A DNA stretch of 63,427 nucleotides, filler included. It is 10 parts of 10 records of this genome, joined end to end, with 100 filler letters (N's around TTAATTAATTAA, not from the genome) between each part and the next. Parts side by side here need not be neighbours in the genome. Positions count along the whole stretch, not along the records: positions 25,314 to 32,552 come from SRR31156797_56832; positions 32,653 to 37,772 come from SRR31156797_56877; positions 37,873 to 43,668 come from SRR31156797_56950; 7 more parts are not named here. One strand, given 5' to 3'. Below, in pieces: positions 28,433 to 39,397 of this stretch. The translations under genes and the position numbers were made by a program. Position 1 is the first letter of the stretch; every line of letters starts with the position of its first letter. The notes beneath the pieces were generated by a model. It was not told where the DNA came from. It made no database searches and saw nothing but the letters and a program-made list of their open reading frames with translations.

Positions 28433-31400
28433 ATGCAAAACTTTACAGCACTACTAAGAAAACAGGGTTACAGAAAAGATGTTTCAGCGGGAGATTCATT
28501 ATTTGAGGAGCTACAGTATATTTCAAAGAGGTTTGCAGAAGATAAGGAATTAAAAAAAGAATTAGAAGGTGAAACTGAGTCTGGTTTTATTGAAGGAGAA
28601 ATAGCTATTAAAACCAGTGATGACAAATTAAATATGTTCATTGATATCAAAGGTGGCGAGATAAAAGTATCTAAAACTGACGGAACTAAGAAAAGTAAAG
28701 GGGCAACTGTCATTTTTGGAACTGAAGATGATATCAGAGAGTATATGGAATCAGATTTTGAAACAGAAAACCTAAAATTTTTAGGAACTCAAATTGTTGT
28801 TGAGGATAATCCTGCCCATTTCTCATTTTTTAACTATTTAATCAGTTGTTTACCTGAATATTTTGAGCTAAAAAAAGATTTAATCAAAGAGAGTAAATCA
28901 GAAAATGAAGAGTTTAAATTTGAAATCTCAACTGTAGCAGGAAAACCACAAAGAGGTATGAGAGAGGAAAGATTAAGAAAAAGATCAAAAGAGATGTTGA
29001 ATACTAAAAATACTGATCCGGGAGTTAAATGGTTAGATAAACCATATATTCCTCAATATAACTTGGAAGATTTCCCAAGAGTGGAAAAGTTCAAAAAATC
29101 TTATCTTACTGAAAAGCCATCTTTAAGTGAGGAGCAGGGAGAGCACTTAACTGATTTTTATCTAGAAAATGGTTATTATAACAAAACTAGTGATGATACT
29201 CCTTGGAATCCATTCTTGAGATCAGCAAATGCATTTAGATATCTAATGGATAAAAAGAAACCGCTAATTAGAGAGAATGATCTATTAGCAGGTACTATTA
29301 CAACTGATCCTATGTGCGGATGTATCGCTCAGCCGTATACTGTAGGTTGGAAGTTATGGGGAGATCTAAGAACACTTGAGATAAGAGAGGATGAACCATT
29401 CAAAGTCAGCAAAAGAGCTCTAAATGTACTACATAAAAAAGTATATCCGTTCTGGATGGATAAACATGTAGAAGCTGTATGGAAAACTAAAGTTGGTGAA
29501 GACTCTAAATATCCGGGAATCATTGATAGAAAATCATTTACTATTCCTTGGGGATTATTATCACTTAATCCAGGTTGTCCGGGATTCGGTAAAGTTGTAA
29601 AAAAAGGTCTAAAGGCAATCAGACAGGAGATTAAAGATAAAGTTGCAGAGTTCGAAAATGATACTGCAATGCAAGCTGATGATAAACAGAAAAAAATAGA
29701 TAATCTAAATGCAATGGAGATCACTCTACAGGGTATCTCTATCTATACTCAGCATTTAGCTGAAATGATAGATGCAGAGAGCAAAGAAGCAGAAGGAACT
29801 AGAAAAACCGAACTGGAGAGAATGCATAAAATATTGCTTAGAGTTCCTGATCATCCTGCTGAAACTGTATATGAAGCGATACAGGTTTTATGGATAATGT
29901 TCATTGGTGTAGGACTTGACAGTATGAATGAAACTATGTCAATTGGTAGATTGGATCAGATTCTACAGCCTTATTTTGAAAAAGATATAGAAGCTATCGC
30001 TACAGAGGAGAAAAGAGAGGAGTATATCAAGGAGGTTATTGAATTAACGGCTTGTTTCTTCATGAGAATAACAAGTAACAGATATGCAACTGATACTCAG
30101 TTTACATGGCAACACTCTGGTTCTCCGGCAGATACATCGATAATCATCGGTGGTGTAACTCCTGATGGAGATGACGCTGTAAATGATATGACATATGTTA
30201 TATTAAAAGTTGTAGAGATGTTGAGCACAGATGATCCGGATATGGATGCTAGATATATGCCTGGTGTTAATAGTAAAACTTTCCTAAAGAGAGTTTGTGA
30301 CGTTAATTACCTAACTTGTGGTACTCCTGCTATTCATAATGATAGTGCAATAATCGGTGGATGGATGAAAAATAATCCTGATTGGGATATTAGAGATATG
30401 AGAGACTGGGTACCTTGCGGTTGTGTAGAACCGGTTATCTCAGGTAAACATTTCGCTGCACCTGCTGATCTGGACAGTAATTTCACTGTGTCTCTGGAGC
30501 TTGCACTAAATAATGGTAGACATCCTAAATGGGATAATACTGTTCACGATAATAAAATAGGCCCTGATACAGGAGAAGTTGAAAGTTTCAAAACATTTGA
30601 TGAGTTCTTTGATGCATTTGAAGCACAGTTCCAAAATTACTTCACCGGAGCAATCAAAGATGTATCTTTCCAAATAGCTGAAGCTCAAAAAGAAGCTATG
30701 CCGGCACCACTGTATTCAGCTCTATTGGAGGGTTGTATAGAGAATGCAGGCGGTATGCTTGACGGAGCCGTTAAATATAATACTGCATCTTCTTCACTTA
30801 TCGGTTTCTCTGACGTTGTTGACTCACTGCTTGTTATCAAGCAATTAGTATTCGATGAGGAGAAATTTAGTTTCAGAGAGTTAAAAGATGCTGTTGATAA
30901 TAACTTTGAAGCAAAAACAGATAGAAAACTATATGCTTCTATCAGACACTCTGTTAATAAATTCGGCTCTGGTCATACAGAGGGTAGAAAGATGGCAAAC
31001 AGAGTAACAAAAATGGTAGGTGATTTCTTCCATTCAAAAACTAACCCTAGAGGCGGACACTATACATCAGGATACAAAACTACCAGTAGTCATACTGCAT
31101 TTGGAATGGTTGCAGGTGCTCTGCCATCAGGAAGAAGAGCCAGAATGCCGTTTACACCTGGATTAACACCGAGCCCGCAGGCTACTAAAAATATACTAGA
31201 TAATCTAATTGATGTAGCGAGTTTAGACTCATCTACATGTGAGAATAGTTTTGCATTTAACGTAAGATTATCATTCTCTAAACATAATAGTTATGAAGAA
31301 AATATCGATCTGGTAACACATTATGTAGAAACATACTGTAGAAAAGGTGGTATGCAGATACAGCTTAATATGGTTGACTCAGATACACTAATTGACGCTA

Positions 31401-31522
31401 TGGCAAATCCTCAGTATTACCCTGATCTAATGGTTAGAATCTCAGGATATACAGGTTTTTATACTAGGATGCAGAGAGAGCTGCAATTAGAAGTATTAGG
31501 GAGGACAGAGTTTGCACTTTAA
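28433..31522 (+). CDS. Glycyl-radical enzyme (non-PFL type) with N-terminal SCP2-like extension
   Basis: Cys loop CGCVEP, Gly loop LMVRISGY, SIGRLDQ, GALPSGR; extra N-terminal region of roughly 200 aa. Confidence 0.88.
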   Translation: MQNFTALLRKQGYRKDVSAGDSLFEELQYISKRFAEDKELKKELEGETESGFIEGEIAIKTSDDKLNMFIDIKGGEIKVSKTDGTKKSKGATVIFGTEDDIREYMESDFETENLKFLGTQIVVEDNPAHFSFFNYLISCLPEYFELKKDLIKESKSENEEFKFEISTVAGKPQRGMREERLRKRSKEMLNTKNTDPGVKWLDKPYIPQYNLEDFPRVEKFKKSYLTEKPSLSEEQGEHLTDFYLENGYYNKTSDDTPWNPFLRSANAFRYLMDKKKPLIRENDLLAGTITTDPMCGCIAQPYTVGWKLWGDLRTLEIREDEPFKVSKRALNVLHKKVYPFWMDKHVEAVWKTKVGEDSKYPGIIDRKSFTIPWGLLSLNPGCPGFGKVVKKGLKAIRQEIKDKVAEFENDTAMQADDKQKKIDNLNAMEITLQGISIYTQHLAEMIDAESKEAEGTRKTELERMHKILLRVPDHPAETVYEAIQVLWIMFIGVGLDSMNETMSIGRLDQILQPYFEKDIEAIATEEKREEYIKEVIELTACFFMRITSNRYATDTQFTWQHSGSPADTSIIIGGVTPDGDDAVNDMTYVILKVVEMLSTDDPDMDARYMPGVNSKTFLKRVCDVNYLTCGTPAIHNDSAIIGGWMKNNPDWDIRDMRDWVPCGCVEPVISGKHFAAPADLDSNFTVSLELALNNGRHPKWDNTVHDNKIGPDTGEVESFKTFDEFFDAFEAQFQNYFTGAIKDVSFQIAEAQKEAMPAPLYSALLEGCIENAGGMLDGAVKYNTASSSLIGFSDVVDSLLVIKQLVFDEEKFSFRELKDAVDNNFEAKTDRKLYASIRHSVNKFGSGHTEGRKMANRVTKMVGDFFHSKTNPRGGHYTSGYKTTSSHTAFGMVAGALPSGRRARMPFTPGLTPSPQATKNILDNLIDVASLDSSTCENSFAFNVRLSFSKHNSYEENIDLVTHYVETYCRKGGMQIQLNMVDSDTLIDAMANPQYYPDLMVRISGYTGFYTRMQRELQLEVLGRTEFAL

Positions 31523-32468
31523 GAATTCACAAGTTTATAATTTCCCAATACATAAAGAGTCTTTAATTTTTAATATAAAAGGTAACTCTCTTGAAGACGG
31601 GCCCGGTATTCGTACCGTGCTCTTCTTCAAGGGTTGTCCCCTTGATTGCACATGGTGTCACAATCCTGAAGGCAAAAGTTTCTTAGCTGATTTAATGCTT
31701 GAACTAGATAACTGTGTAACATGTGAAGAGTGCCTGGATATCTGCCCGGAATCAGCTATAAAATTAAATGAAAATATTGAAATAAACAGAGAGAAATGTA
31801 TTAAATGCTTCAAATGCGCAGATGTTTGTCCTTCAAATGCTCTGCAAAAATGTGGTAAAAGTATAGATGAGAAAAAAATAATAGAGATGATTCTCAAATA
31901 TAAAGAGTTTTATGGTACTGAAGGAGGAGTAACTTTTTCAGGTGGAGAGGTTTTGCAACATATAGATGCTATCGCCCCGTTAGTTAAAAAATTAAAAGAA
32001 GAGAATATTCATATACTTATTGAAACTTCCGGTTTTTTTAATTATGAAAAATTCGAATCACAAATATTACCATATACAGATATGATATACTATGATATTA
32101 AACTTATCGATAGTGATGAACATCAGAAATATTGCGGTGTAGATAATAAATTAATATTAGATAATTTTATTAAACTTAATAATGCAAAGATTAATAATAA
32201 TAGTTTTGAAATATTGCCCAGAACACCTTTAATTCCTGATATTACTGACACGGAGAAAAATATAGATAATATTATCTCTTTTTATAAAAAGCTGAATATT
32301 AACAAAACATCACTTCTGCCAAATAACCCTGTTTGGTTTGATAAGAATAATAGCTTGGGATTAAAAAACAGTTTTGAAAATAATATTGATATGAATAAAT
32401 TATACAACGAGGATAAATTGGATAAAATAGTTAAAAAATTTCACGAAAATAGAATTAAAATTATATAA
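31512..32468 (+). CDS. GRE-activating radical SAM enzyme with ferredoxin insert
   Basis: EDGPGIRT, GCPLDCTWCHNPE, two CxxCxxCxxxCP, GGVTFSGGE. Confidence 0.93.
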   Translation: MHFKNSQVYNFPIHKESLIFNIKGNSLEDGPGIRTVLFFKGCPLDCTWCHNPEGKSFLADLMLELDNCVTCEECLDICPESAIKLNENIEINREKCIKCFKCADVCPSNALQKCGKSIDEKKIIEMILKYKEFYGTEGGVTFSGGEVLQHIDAIAPLVKKLKEENIHILIETSGFFNYEKFESQILPYTDMIYYDIKLIDSDEHQKYCGVDNKLILDNFIKLNNAKINNNSFEILPRTPLIPDITDTEKNIDNIISFYKKLNINKTSLLPNNPVWFDKNNSLGLKNSFENNIDMNKLYNEDKLDKIVKKFHENRIKII

Positions 32469-32507
32469 TTGTAATAATCTGCAAAAATAAACCACTAAAT
32501 ACAAAAT

Positions 32508-32542
32508 ATAGGACGTATATCTATACGTCCCTACAGTAGGGG
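32508..32542. repeat. REP-like palindrome
   Basis: taggacgtata-tc-tatacgtccctac followed by gtagggg. Confidence 0.4.
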
Positions 32543-32652
32543 TTTATTGATANNNNNNNNNNNNNNNNNNNNNNNNNNNNNNNNNNNNNNNNNNNNTTAA
32601 TTAATTAANNNNNNNNNNNNNNNNNNNNNNNNNNNNNNNNNNNNNNNNNNNN

Positions 32653-32803
32653 CCCTGTATTCTGTTTTGTCATAGCGTTCCTGGTTTTGATTGATATTCA
32701 GATAACAGTCCCTTATATAAAGAACATCATCCTGTACTTCCGAAAAGACAGAGAACAAAACACGATACAACAGAAACGTAATCGTTAAATATTTTTTATT
32801 CAT
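32653..32803 (-). CDS. Hypothetical exported protein (truncated)
   Basis: AAGGAG RBS and signal-like N-terminus. Confidence 0.45.
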
Positions 32804-32872
32804 TAGAAATCTCCTTCATCATCAGGATTTAATAACAACCAGACGGCAAGGAGTCGAATCCGGTTTCTATTA

Positions 32873-33592
32873 TTAGCCGGGATACCAATTCTGAACTTTT
32901 TCGGCTGAACCCGAGCTGTTCGGTTTTACCCAAAAATCAACCATCAAATAATCTTCAGCTATCCATTCCATCACTTCCATAACAATCCAATCATCACGGA
33001 TCTTATAGAATTCAACGTTCTGTGTCCTATAGAATGGGGAATCCTCATACCCGAATGGGGAATCTTCCGATATACTTGCTTTTTTTCCATTGATAGTAAT
33101 ACGGTTCCCAGACAGGGACCAGGTTCCTCCTTCGATGCCTTCGTAATATTCACCTCGGTAATTACGGTCTCCGGAAAAAATACGGGTACAATACGAAAGA
33201 GGGCTGTAAAATTCAATGGGAGGGATTTCGGTACATTTCTTCTCTTCTCTGTCAAATGGTGGGATCTTATACCACTGTCCAACCAGCCGGCTTTCCCTGG
33301 AATCCAATCTTTTGATGGCGGAAAGGGGTTCCGGTTCATCAGAAGATAGGAAACCGGTGTGCACCCAACCTGAAAAGCCGTTCCAGCTTACGGGACTCCA
33401 ATGCCCGACCGCCCCCGGTGAATCGGTTCGGATTTCCACTTTTCCACAGTATGGTATAACGGTCACCTTGGATGATTCAAAATTGGGTTCGTTCCGCATT
33501 TTCAACCCTCCCACAGAGATCACCCAGCGGGAATCTGCTGAAAGACCTGACAGAATAATCAAAAAATATATAAAGATACATATATTTTTCAT
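32873..33592 (-). CDS. Exported SH3b-domain protein
   Basis: Signal peptide, GGLKMRNEP..W..V..SGWV..FLS. Confidence 0.75.
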   Translation of the reverse strand: MKNICIFIYFLIILSGLSADSRWVISVGGLKMRNEPNFESSKVTVIPYCGKVEIRTDSPGAVGHWSPVSWNGFSGWVHTGFLSSDEPEPLSAIKRLDSRESRLVGQWYKIPPFDREEKKCTEIPPIEFYSPLSYCTRIFSGDRNYRGEYYEGIEGGTWSLSGNRITINGKKASISEDSPFGYEDSPFYRTQNVEFYKIRDDWIVMEVMEWIAEDYLMVDFWVKPNSSGSAEKVQNWYPG

Positions 33593-33632
33593 ATCGTCCT
33601 CATTTGTGTTTTATTTTCAGCTTTCGGAGCAT

Positions 33633-34763
33633 TTATTCATTTTGAATATCTATAAAATAACCGTATGCCCAGCCAACTTTATAATCCTCCGTATAGATTC
33701 TATACCAAACAGAATCCATATTTCCGATTTTCATTGTTTCTTCAGTCTGGTCGAATATATTGACGATTTGACCTTGGGATAAATGCCCGATGGTTTCGGA
33801 TTCCAGATTAGGTTCTTTACGGATTCGGACCAGCGAATCGTTCAGTTTTCCAATCCTGTAAGAATTGGCTCTCTTGTATTGGAATCGACCGCTTTCATCC
33901 AAATCAATGCTGAAGCCTTCACCTTTGTTTTGATCAACATTATGCAGTTCTTCTGTATCGAAGTTATAATGATATAGAGTATAAATTCTTCCTTCTCTAT
34001 TCCACATAATGGCCGTATCAATATCAAAGGCATAGTGATAGTCCGAGTAATAGATATCCTGTGTATCATAATTGATTTTATATTCAAATGACCCGAAATG
34101 GGGCGGCACATCCTTGATCGAAACATGGTGATCAATCAGATCTATAACGATAAAAGCAATTATATCTGGAACACTCACGCAATGAAGCCAGAGGGAATTC
34201 CTGTTTTCTGACCACCCTTCAAAACCGACATATTCATATGACAAATCGTAGCGTGATTCCTTAACCTCCCATTCCTCAAGTGTATAGAGTATGTTTCCTG
34301 ATCTTTCTACGATAAACCATTTTCCATTATGCCCGGTATCACCCACATGAAATGCGGATCTTTCATTATCTTCCGTGAGGTTTATATTATATGCATTAAG
34401 CATGTATCGGGGAGACTTTATATCAACATCAATATTTATGTCTTCACGGGAAACCCAGCCGGACCATAAGCCTTTGTCGTTTTCTGTTTTAACCAGATAA
34501 TAAACCGTTTTATCATAAGTTTGGGTTCGATCTATATCAGCGATAATCTCAATATTACGCCCTTTCTCAATGGTTCCGATTTTGACGGCCCGGTTTTCAG
34601 AATCCATTCGGTACAGAGCAATTTCCGATTCTGTTGTATAAGACAGACTTACAAGACTTTCATATTCATCCGTATCTTTATAAAAGTCCAACAAGTTTTC
34701 TGAAAAAGCAGAAAACGAGCATCCCCATAACAGAAAGGCAAAAACCAGAAAACGTTTCTTCAT
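33633..34763 (-). CDS. Exported protein with SH3b domain(s)
   Basis: Signal peptide; C-terminal VRIRKEPNLES..WYRI..GWAYGYFI. Confidence 0.78.
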   Translation of the reverse strand: MKKRFLVFAFLLWGCSFSAFSENLLDFYKDTDEYESLVSLSYTTESEIALYRMDSENRAVKIGTIEKGRNIEIIADIDRTQTYDKTVYYLVKTENDKGLWSGWVSREDINIDVDIKSPRYMLNAYNINLTEDNERSAFHVGDTGHNGKWFIVERSGNILYTLEEWEVKESRYDLSYEYVGFEGWSENRNSLWLHCVSVPDIIAFIVIDLIDHHVSIKDVPPHFGSFEYKINYDTQDIYYSDYHYAFDIDTAIMWNREGRIYTLYHYNFDTEELHNVDQNKGEGFSIDLDESGRFQYKRANSYRIGKLNDSLVRIRKEPNLESETIGHLSQGQIVNIFDQTEETMKIGNMDSVWYRIYTEDYKVGWAYGYFIDIQNE

Positions 34764-34910
34764 GTATAATCTCCTCTAGAGGTATAAAGCTTCATTAAAA
34801 GGGATGCCGAATATTTCTCTTACTTGAAGCCGACTCCCAGATGACAACACGACAGATATAATCTCAAACGATCTTCCCTACCCCAATGGGGATCTACTTT
34901 ACCCATTTTT

Positions 34911-35186
34911 TTAATCCGTAAAAAAAAAGGCTATCCAGTTTTCAAAAGGACTCTTGAAGGCTCCGTAAACAATGACCTCCATCAAAGGTTCATTTTCGTC
35001 AGACCGGCCGCTGCAAACTACTTTACGACCTGCGGATGCTTTCTCAATCTGAATTTCATATTCAGAGAGAAAAGAAAAATCCTGATTGGACCTCTCTTGA
35101 GCCGCGAATATGGCATGGTAGGTTTCTCTATTTTCCAGGAAATGATCCTTTATACCGTCAAAGCCATATTGTTCCCGTACATCCAT
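34911..35186 (-). CDS. Hypothetical protein, possibly a truncated remnant
   Basis: Short ORF; in-frame TAA lies 11 codons upstream of the ATG. Confidence 0.3.
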   Translation of the reverse strand: MDVREQYGFDGIKDHFLENRETYHAIFAAQERSNQDFSFLSEYEIQIEKASAGRKVVCSGRSDENEPLMEVIVYGAFKSPFENWIAFFFTD

Positions 35187-35475
35187 GGCATCTCCCCTGG
35201 AGATAGAGCTCTCGTAGACTTAATGATCGGGAATCATATCCTGAATACAAAAGCTGACTGGAGCCGACAGAAACAAGGGTGTTGATAACAAGAGGGAGTC
35301 CCGTGTTTATTTTCATATCAGTTAAACCCTTTTTTATTCATTACATCAGAAACCTTTTCATTTCTCAAGTTCTGTCGAATCTTTACAGTGGGTATTTCTA
35401 TACCCTTTTCGGGGTGATTAAGGCTTTCTTAATCCTCCGTCCCATTTTGAAGAGAACGGCCACTTTTTTGTTTGA

Positions 35476-37770
35476 TCATTTCTGGTTCATTTCCCTGATT
35501 CGTTCATAGGCGTCGGTATTTTTCAACATTTCATTTTCCTGAATATAGTCCCAGGCGGTGTTTCCCCTATCATCCCTGATAGAACAATCGGCTCCGGCAT
35601 CCAGTAAATAATTGACAATTTCCTGATTCTCCTGATACTTGGCGGCTCTCATAAGAGCTGTCATGGACTCAAAATAATCAATCCTATCAATTTCGGCTCC
35701 AGCCTTTATCAGGATCTGAAAAGACTCAGGATCTCTCCTGTATTGAGCCGCGACCATCAAGGCTGTTCTTGAAAAAGGGTCAGAGGCGTTTACATCGGCT
35801 CCCCCTTCCAGCAGAATACGAAGGATTTCTGTGTTATCCTGATATTGCAGGGCATTCATTAGAGGTGTCCAGCCTCCTTTCCCGGTATCATTGACATCTC
35901 CCCCCGATGCGATATAGGCCTTTACAATGTTATGTCCGGTTTCCCTTTCAAGGGCATCAAAAAAGTCTTCTCTGCTGACCACGCCAGAAACCGGCTCCTG
36001 ATTCTGATTGAGTAAATACCGGTATACTTCACTGCCTTTCAGGGCTGTATTTTCTTTAATATGGTCCCACAGCGTCATACCGTTATAATCAGTGATATCA
36101 ATATCGGAGCCGGTATCGAGAAGGAGCTGGGCCACTTCCGGATTAGGATTTACCGAAACCGCATACAGAAGCGCCGTTTTTCCCTTCCAATCTTTTTCCA
36201 TATAATCGGCTCCCTGTTCAAGAAGCCATTGTACCGTTTCCGGATTCTGCTGACTTCTTACAGCAAGCATCAGAAGCGTTGTTCCGTATTCATCATCCCG
36301 GACGTTGACATCTCCGCCGGCATCCAGATAGGTTTGAAGGGCCCCGAAATCACCATGAATCATAATCGCGTCCAAAGAGCTTTCTATCATTCCGAATTGT
36401 TTATCGAGAGAGGTAAACAATTCAGAATCCGTCAGAGCCTCATTTTCCCGCATATAGTCCCAGGCCGACAGGCCATCCTCGTTTTGCTGCTTCAAATCGG
36501 CTCCGGCATCTATAAACACCTGAATCACCGCCGGATCTTTCTGATTCCGGGCGGCAATCATCAGAGGTGTGTTTCCGAAAGCGTCTTTTCTGTCCGCTTC
36601 GGCCCCCAGATCGATAAGAGTTTTAAAGATTTCAGGATTACTCTGGACTCCGGCAGCCATATGCAGAAGGGTACTGTCCTCGTTATATATGACATTGGGG
36701 TCGGCTCCCGAATGAACCAGGAGTTTCAGCACCTCGGGATCATTCTGGCTGATTACAGCATTCATGATAGCTGTCCCGCAATAGTCTCCCCGGGCGTTTA
36801 CATCGGCACCGGCTTCAATCAGCAGTTTCGTAATTTCCAGGCTGTTCTGATTTACTACGGACAGGACTAAGGGGAAACGTCCCGATTCATCCCGGATATT
36901 GACACTGGCTCCCTCGTCGAGTATCGACTTGATCACATCGTAAGGTTCGACATTCTTTAACGCGGAAAAAAGCCTGTCTTTACCGTCACCGGGTATATAG
37001 GATTGTTCCAGTTGATCATAAATCTCGGTTCCCACAAGGGCTTGATTCTCCTGAATCAGGTCCCAGGCCGTCAGCCCCTGTATGTTGGAGGCCATTATAT
37101 CGGCTCCCCGGTCAAGCAGCACTTTGAGTATTTCAGGATTCTCCTGATCCGAAGCCCCCATCATAAGGGCGGTCCGCCCTTCATTATCGCTGCTGTTGAT
37201 ATAAAGGCCCGCGTCAAGAAGAGTTTCCAGTATCCCGGGATTGTCCTGATGAGATGCAGCCAGTAGCAGGGCATTTCTGCCCGACAAGGGGTCAACGGCC
37301 CGGACTTCGGCGCCTGAATCGATCAGGATCTCCAGAAACCGGGGATTTTCCTGATACAAGACGGCGGCTGTCAGCGCTGTGTTTCGAGAACGGTCCATAG
37401 CGGTAATCTCCGCACCGGCCTCCAGAAGAAGGCTCAGGTATTCAGGATTCTTTCCCTTCTCAGCGGTATAAATCAGGGCGGTCTTGTTATCGAATCCTCT
37501 TATATCGACTTCAGCGCCCCGGTTTAGCAACAGCTTCAGGATATCAGCAGGAACCTGCGATTCAATAGCGGCCATAAGAGGCGTGAATCCTCTTGAATCG
37601 GTGTCGTTAAGTTCGATGCCTTGATCCAAAAGCTGTATGATTTCATCAGACTCTCCCTTACCAATAGCTTCAAATAGTGCCCTATTCGAAATTGATGCTG
37701 CCGGAGAAGCATCTCTGATGCGGTAATACGCTTCAGTATTTTTCAAGTTTTCATCTTCCAGGATATAGTC
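35476..37770 (-). CDS. Multi-module ankyrin-repeat protein (5' truncated)
   Basis: Repeated G.T(P/A)LM.A..LL..GA.VN; frame open to contig end. Confidence 0.92.
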   Translation of the reverse strand, partial: DYILEDENLKNTEAYYRIRDASPAASISNRALFEAIGKGESDEIIQLLDQGIELNDTDSRGFTPLMAAIESQVPADILKLLLNRGAEVDIRGFDNKTALIYTAEKGKNPEYLSLLLEAGAEITAMDRSRNTALTAAVLYQENPRFLEILIDSGAEVRAVDPLSGRNALLLAASHQDNPGILETLLDAGLYINSSDNEGRTALMMGASDQENPEILKVLLDRGADIMASNIQGLTAWDLIQENQALVGTEIYDQLEQSYIPGDGKDRLFSALKNVEPYDVIKSILDEGASVNIRDESGRFPLVLSVVNQNSLEITKLLIEAGADVNARGDYCGTAIMNAVISQNDPEVLKLLVHSGADPNVIYNEDSTLLHMAAGVQSNPEIFKTLIDLGAEADRKDAFGNTPLMIAARNQKDPAVIQVFIDAGADLKQQNEDGLSAWDYMRENEALTDSELFTSLDKQFGMIESSLDAIMIHGDFGALQTYLDAGGDVNVRDDEYGTTLLMLAVRSQQNPETVQWLLEQGADYMEKDWKGKTALLYAVSVNPNPEVAQLLLDTGSDIDITDYNGMTLWDHIKENTALKGSEVYRYLLNQNQEPVSGVVSREDFFDALERETGHNIVKAYIASGGDVNDTGKGGWTPLMNALQYQDNTEILRILLEGGADVNASDPFSRTALMVAAQYRRDPESFQILIKAGAEIDRIDYFESMTALMRAAKYQENQEIVNYLLDAGADCSIRDDRGNTAWDYIQENEMLKNTDAYERIREMNQK

Positions 37771-37911
37771 CCNNNNNNNNNNNNNNNNNNNNNNNNNNNN
37801 NNNNNNNNNNNNNNNNTTAATTAATTAANNNNNNNNNNNNNNNNNNNNNNNNNNNNNNNNNNNNNNNNNNNNCTACGCAATTATCTGAACATTAACTTAT
37901 CCTGACTGGTA

Positions 37912-39261
37912 TTAAGCCGATATTGCTTCTACGCGATGACTTTTCCGCAGCCACAGAGCATAGAAATACCCCAGTAATCCACCAATCACATTACCTGCAG
38001 CAATGCCGATGAACAGTCCTTCAATACCATAGAGTTGAGAGCCTACCCACGCTACAGGTAGAGTGAAAACGAACAGACGCATAAAACTCCATTGGAACGC
38101 CTTCATTGGCTGGTGCAGCGCATTGAGGCCTGAAATGAGCATCATGACAACGCCTTGAAAGCCGTAACTAAATGGAACCACTAATAAGTAATGCCACAAT
38201 AAGTCTTGGACGACGGCTTCCTGAGAAAACAGTTTTGATAGCGGAATACTGAGCGGCACCATCATGACAAATATGATTAACTGAAATAGCAACGAAAACC
38301 GCATGCTAAGGAATAGGCCTGCAAAGCTGCGTGTTGGGTTCTTGGCACCCAGATTTTGAGCCATGAAAGGCGTCAGTGATGATGTCAGGGACATGATAAC
38401 CAGAATAAGAATCGACTCAATTCGTTGTGCCGCACCGTAAGCGGCTACAGCCGCAGTCCCATGGCTGGAGAGCAGCATCATGAGTAGCGCACCCGATATC
38501 GGGTTCATAGCGGTAGAAAGGGCCGCTGGTGTACCTATCTTTAAAATCTGGTTCCAATCGTGGCGTAGACTGGCCAGATGTGGCATGGCGAGCAATTTAT
38601 CGCGCTTAATCAGCACATAGAATGATCCAGCTAAAGCGCCTAACCATGACAATCCGCTGGCAATGGCCGCGCCCTGAATACCGAGTTCGGGAAATGGGCC
38701 ATACCCAAAAATAAGTAGTGGGTCTAAAACGCCGTTAATCGCTCCGGCCAGCATCATAATTTTAGCTGGGGTTTTGGTATCCCCTGTGGCTCGAATCGCA
38801 CTGTTGCCTGTCATAGGGATAACAAGCAGTGGTATGGCAAAATACCAGACCTGCATATATTGTTCGATTAAGGGAATGAGCTCGTGCTTTGCTCCCAGCA
38901 GTAGAAATAGTGGCTCGATCGTGAAGAAACCAACTAACGAAGCGAGAATAACTAATGCTAACGCCAGCAATATACCGTGACTGGCAAAGCGTGCTGCGTT
39001 GTGAGCTGCACCTTGGCCTAATAGTCGGCCAATATTGGTGGATAAACCAATGCCAATTCCCATCGTAATACAGTTAATGACGAAGGTAACAGGGAAGGTA
39101 TAACTAATTGCGGCTAGAGCTTCAGTGCCCAGTAAGGAGATAAAGAAAGTATCAACAAGGTTGAACATCAAAATCGCCACCATTCCGAAAATCATCGGCA
39201 CGGTCATTTGGCGCAGTACTGTGGGAATCGGCGCAGAAAGCAGACCGTGTTTATCGTGCAT
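37912..39261 (-). CDS. MATE family efflux transporter
   Basis: NLVDTFFISLLGTEALAA, RATGDTKTP, LDPLLIFG..LGIQGAAIA. Confidence 0.92.
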   Translation of the reverse strand: MHDKHGLLSAPIPTVLRQMTVPMIFGMVAILMFNLVDTFFISLLGTEALAAISYTFPVTFVINCITMGIGIGLSTNIGRLLGQGAAHNAARFASHGILLALALVILASLVGFFTIEPLFLLLGAKHELIPLIEQYMQVWYFAIPLLVIPMTGNSAIRATGDTKTPAKIMMLAGAINGVLDPLLIFGYGPFPELGIQGAAIASGLSWLGALAGSFYVLIKRDKLLAMPHLASLRHDWNQILKIGTPAALSTAMNPISGALLMMLLSSHGTAAVAAYGAAQRIESILILVIMSLTSSLTPFMAQNLGAKNPTRSFAGLFLSMRFSLLFQLIIFVMMVPLSIPLSKLFSQEAVVQDLLWHYLLVVPFSYGFQGVVMMLISGLNALHQPMKAFQWSFMRLFVFTLPVAWVGSQLYGIEGLFIGIAAGNVIGGLLGYFYALWLRKSHRVEAISA

Positions 39262-39352
39262 AAAGAAAACGAGTTAGCGATAAAGAGCGTTTAGATTACT
39301 CGATTTTTGTTCATGGCACTACCCAAGTAGAAATCTCGGATTCACAAAATAG

Positions 39353-39376
39353 AAAAGGCCTGCAATGCAGGCCTTT
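39353..39376 (-). terminator. Rho-independent terminator of tpiA
   Basis: aaaggcctgca-a-tgcaggccttt. Confidence 0.75.
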
Positions 39377-39397
39377 AAGATAGGAATAAGCTTTTAA

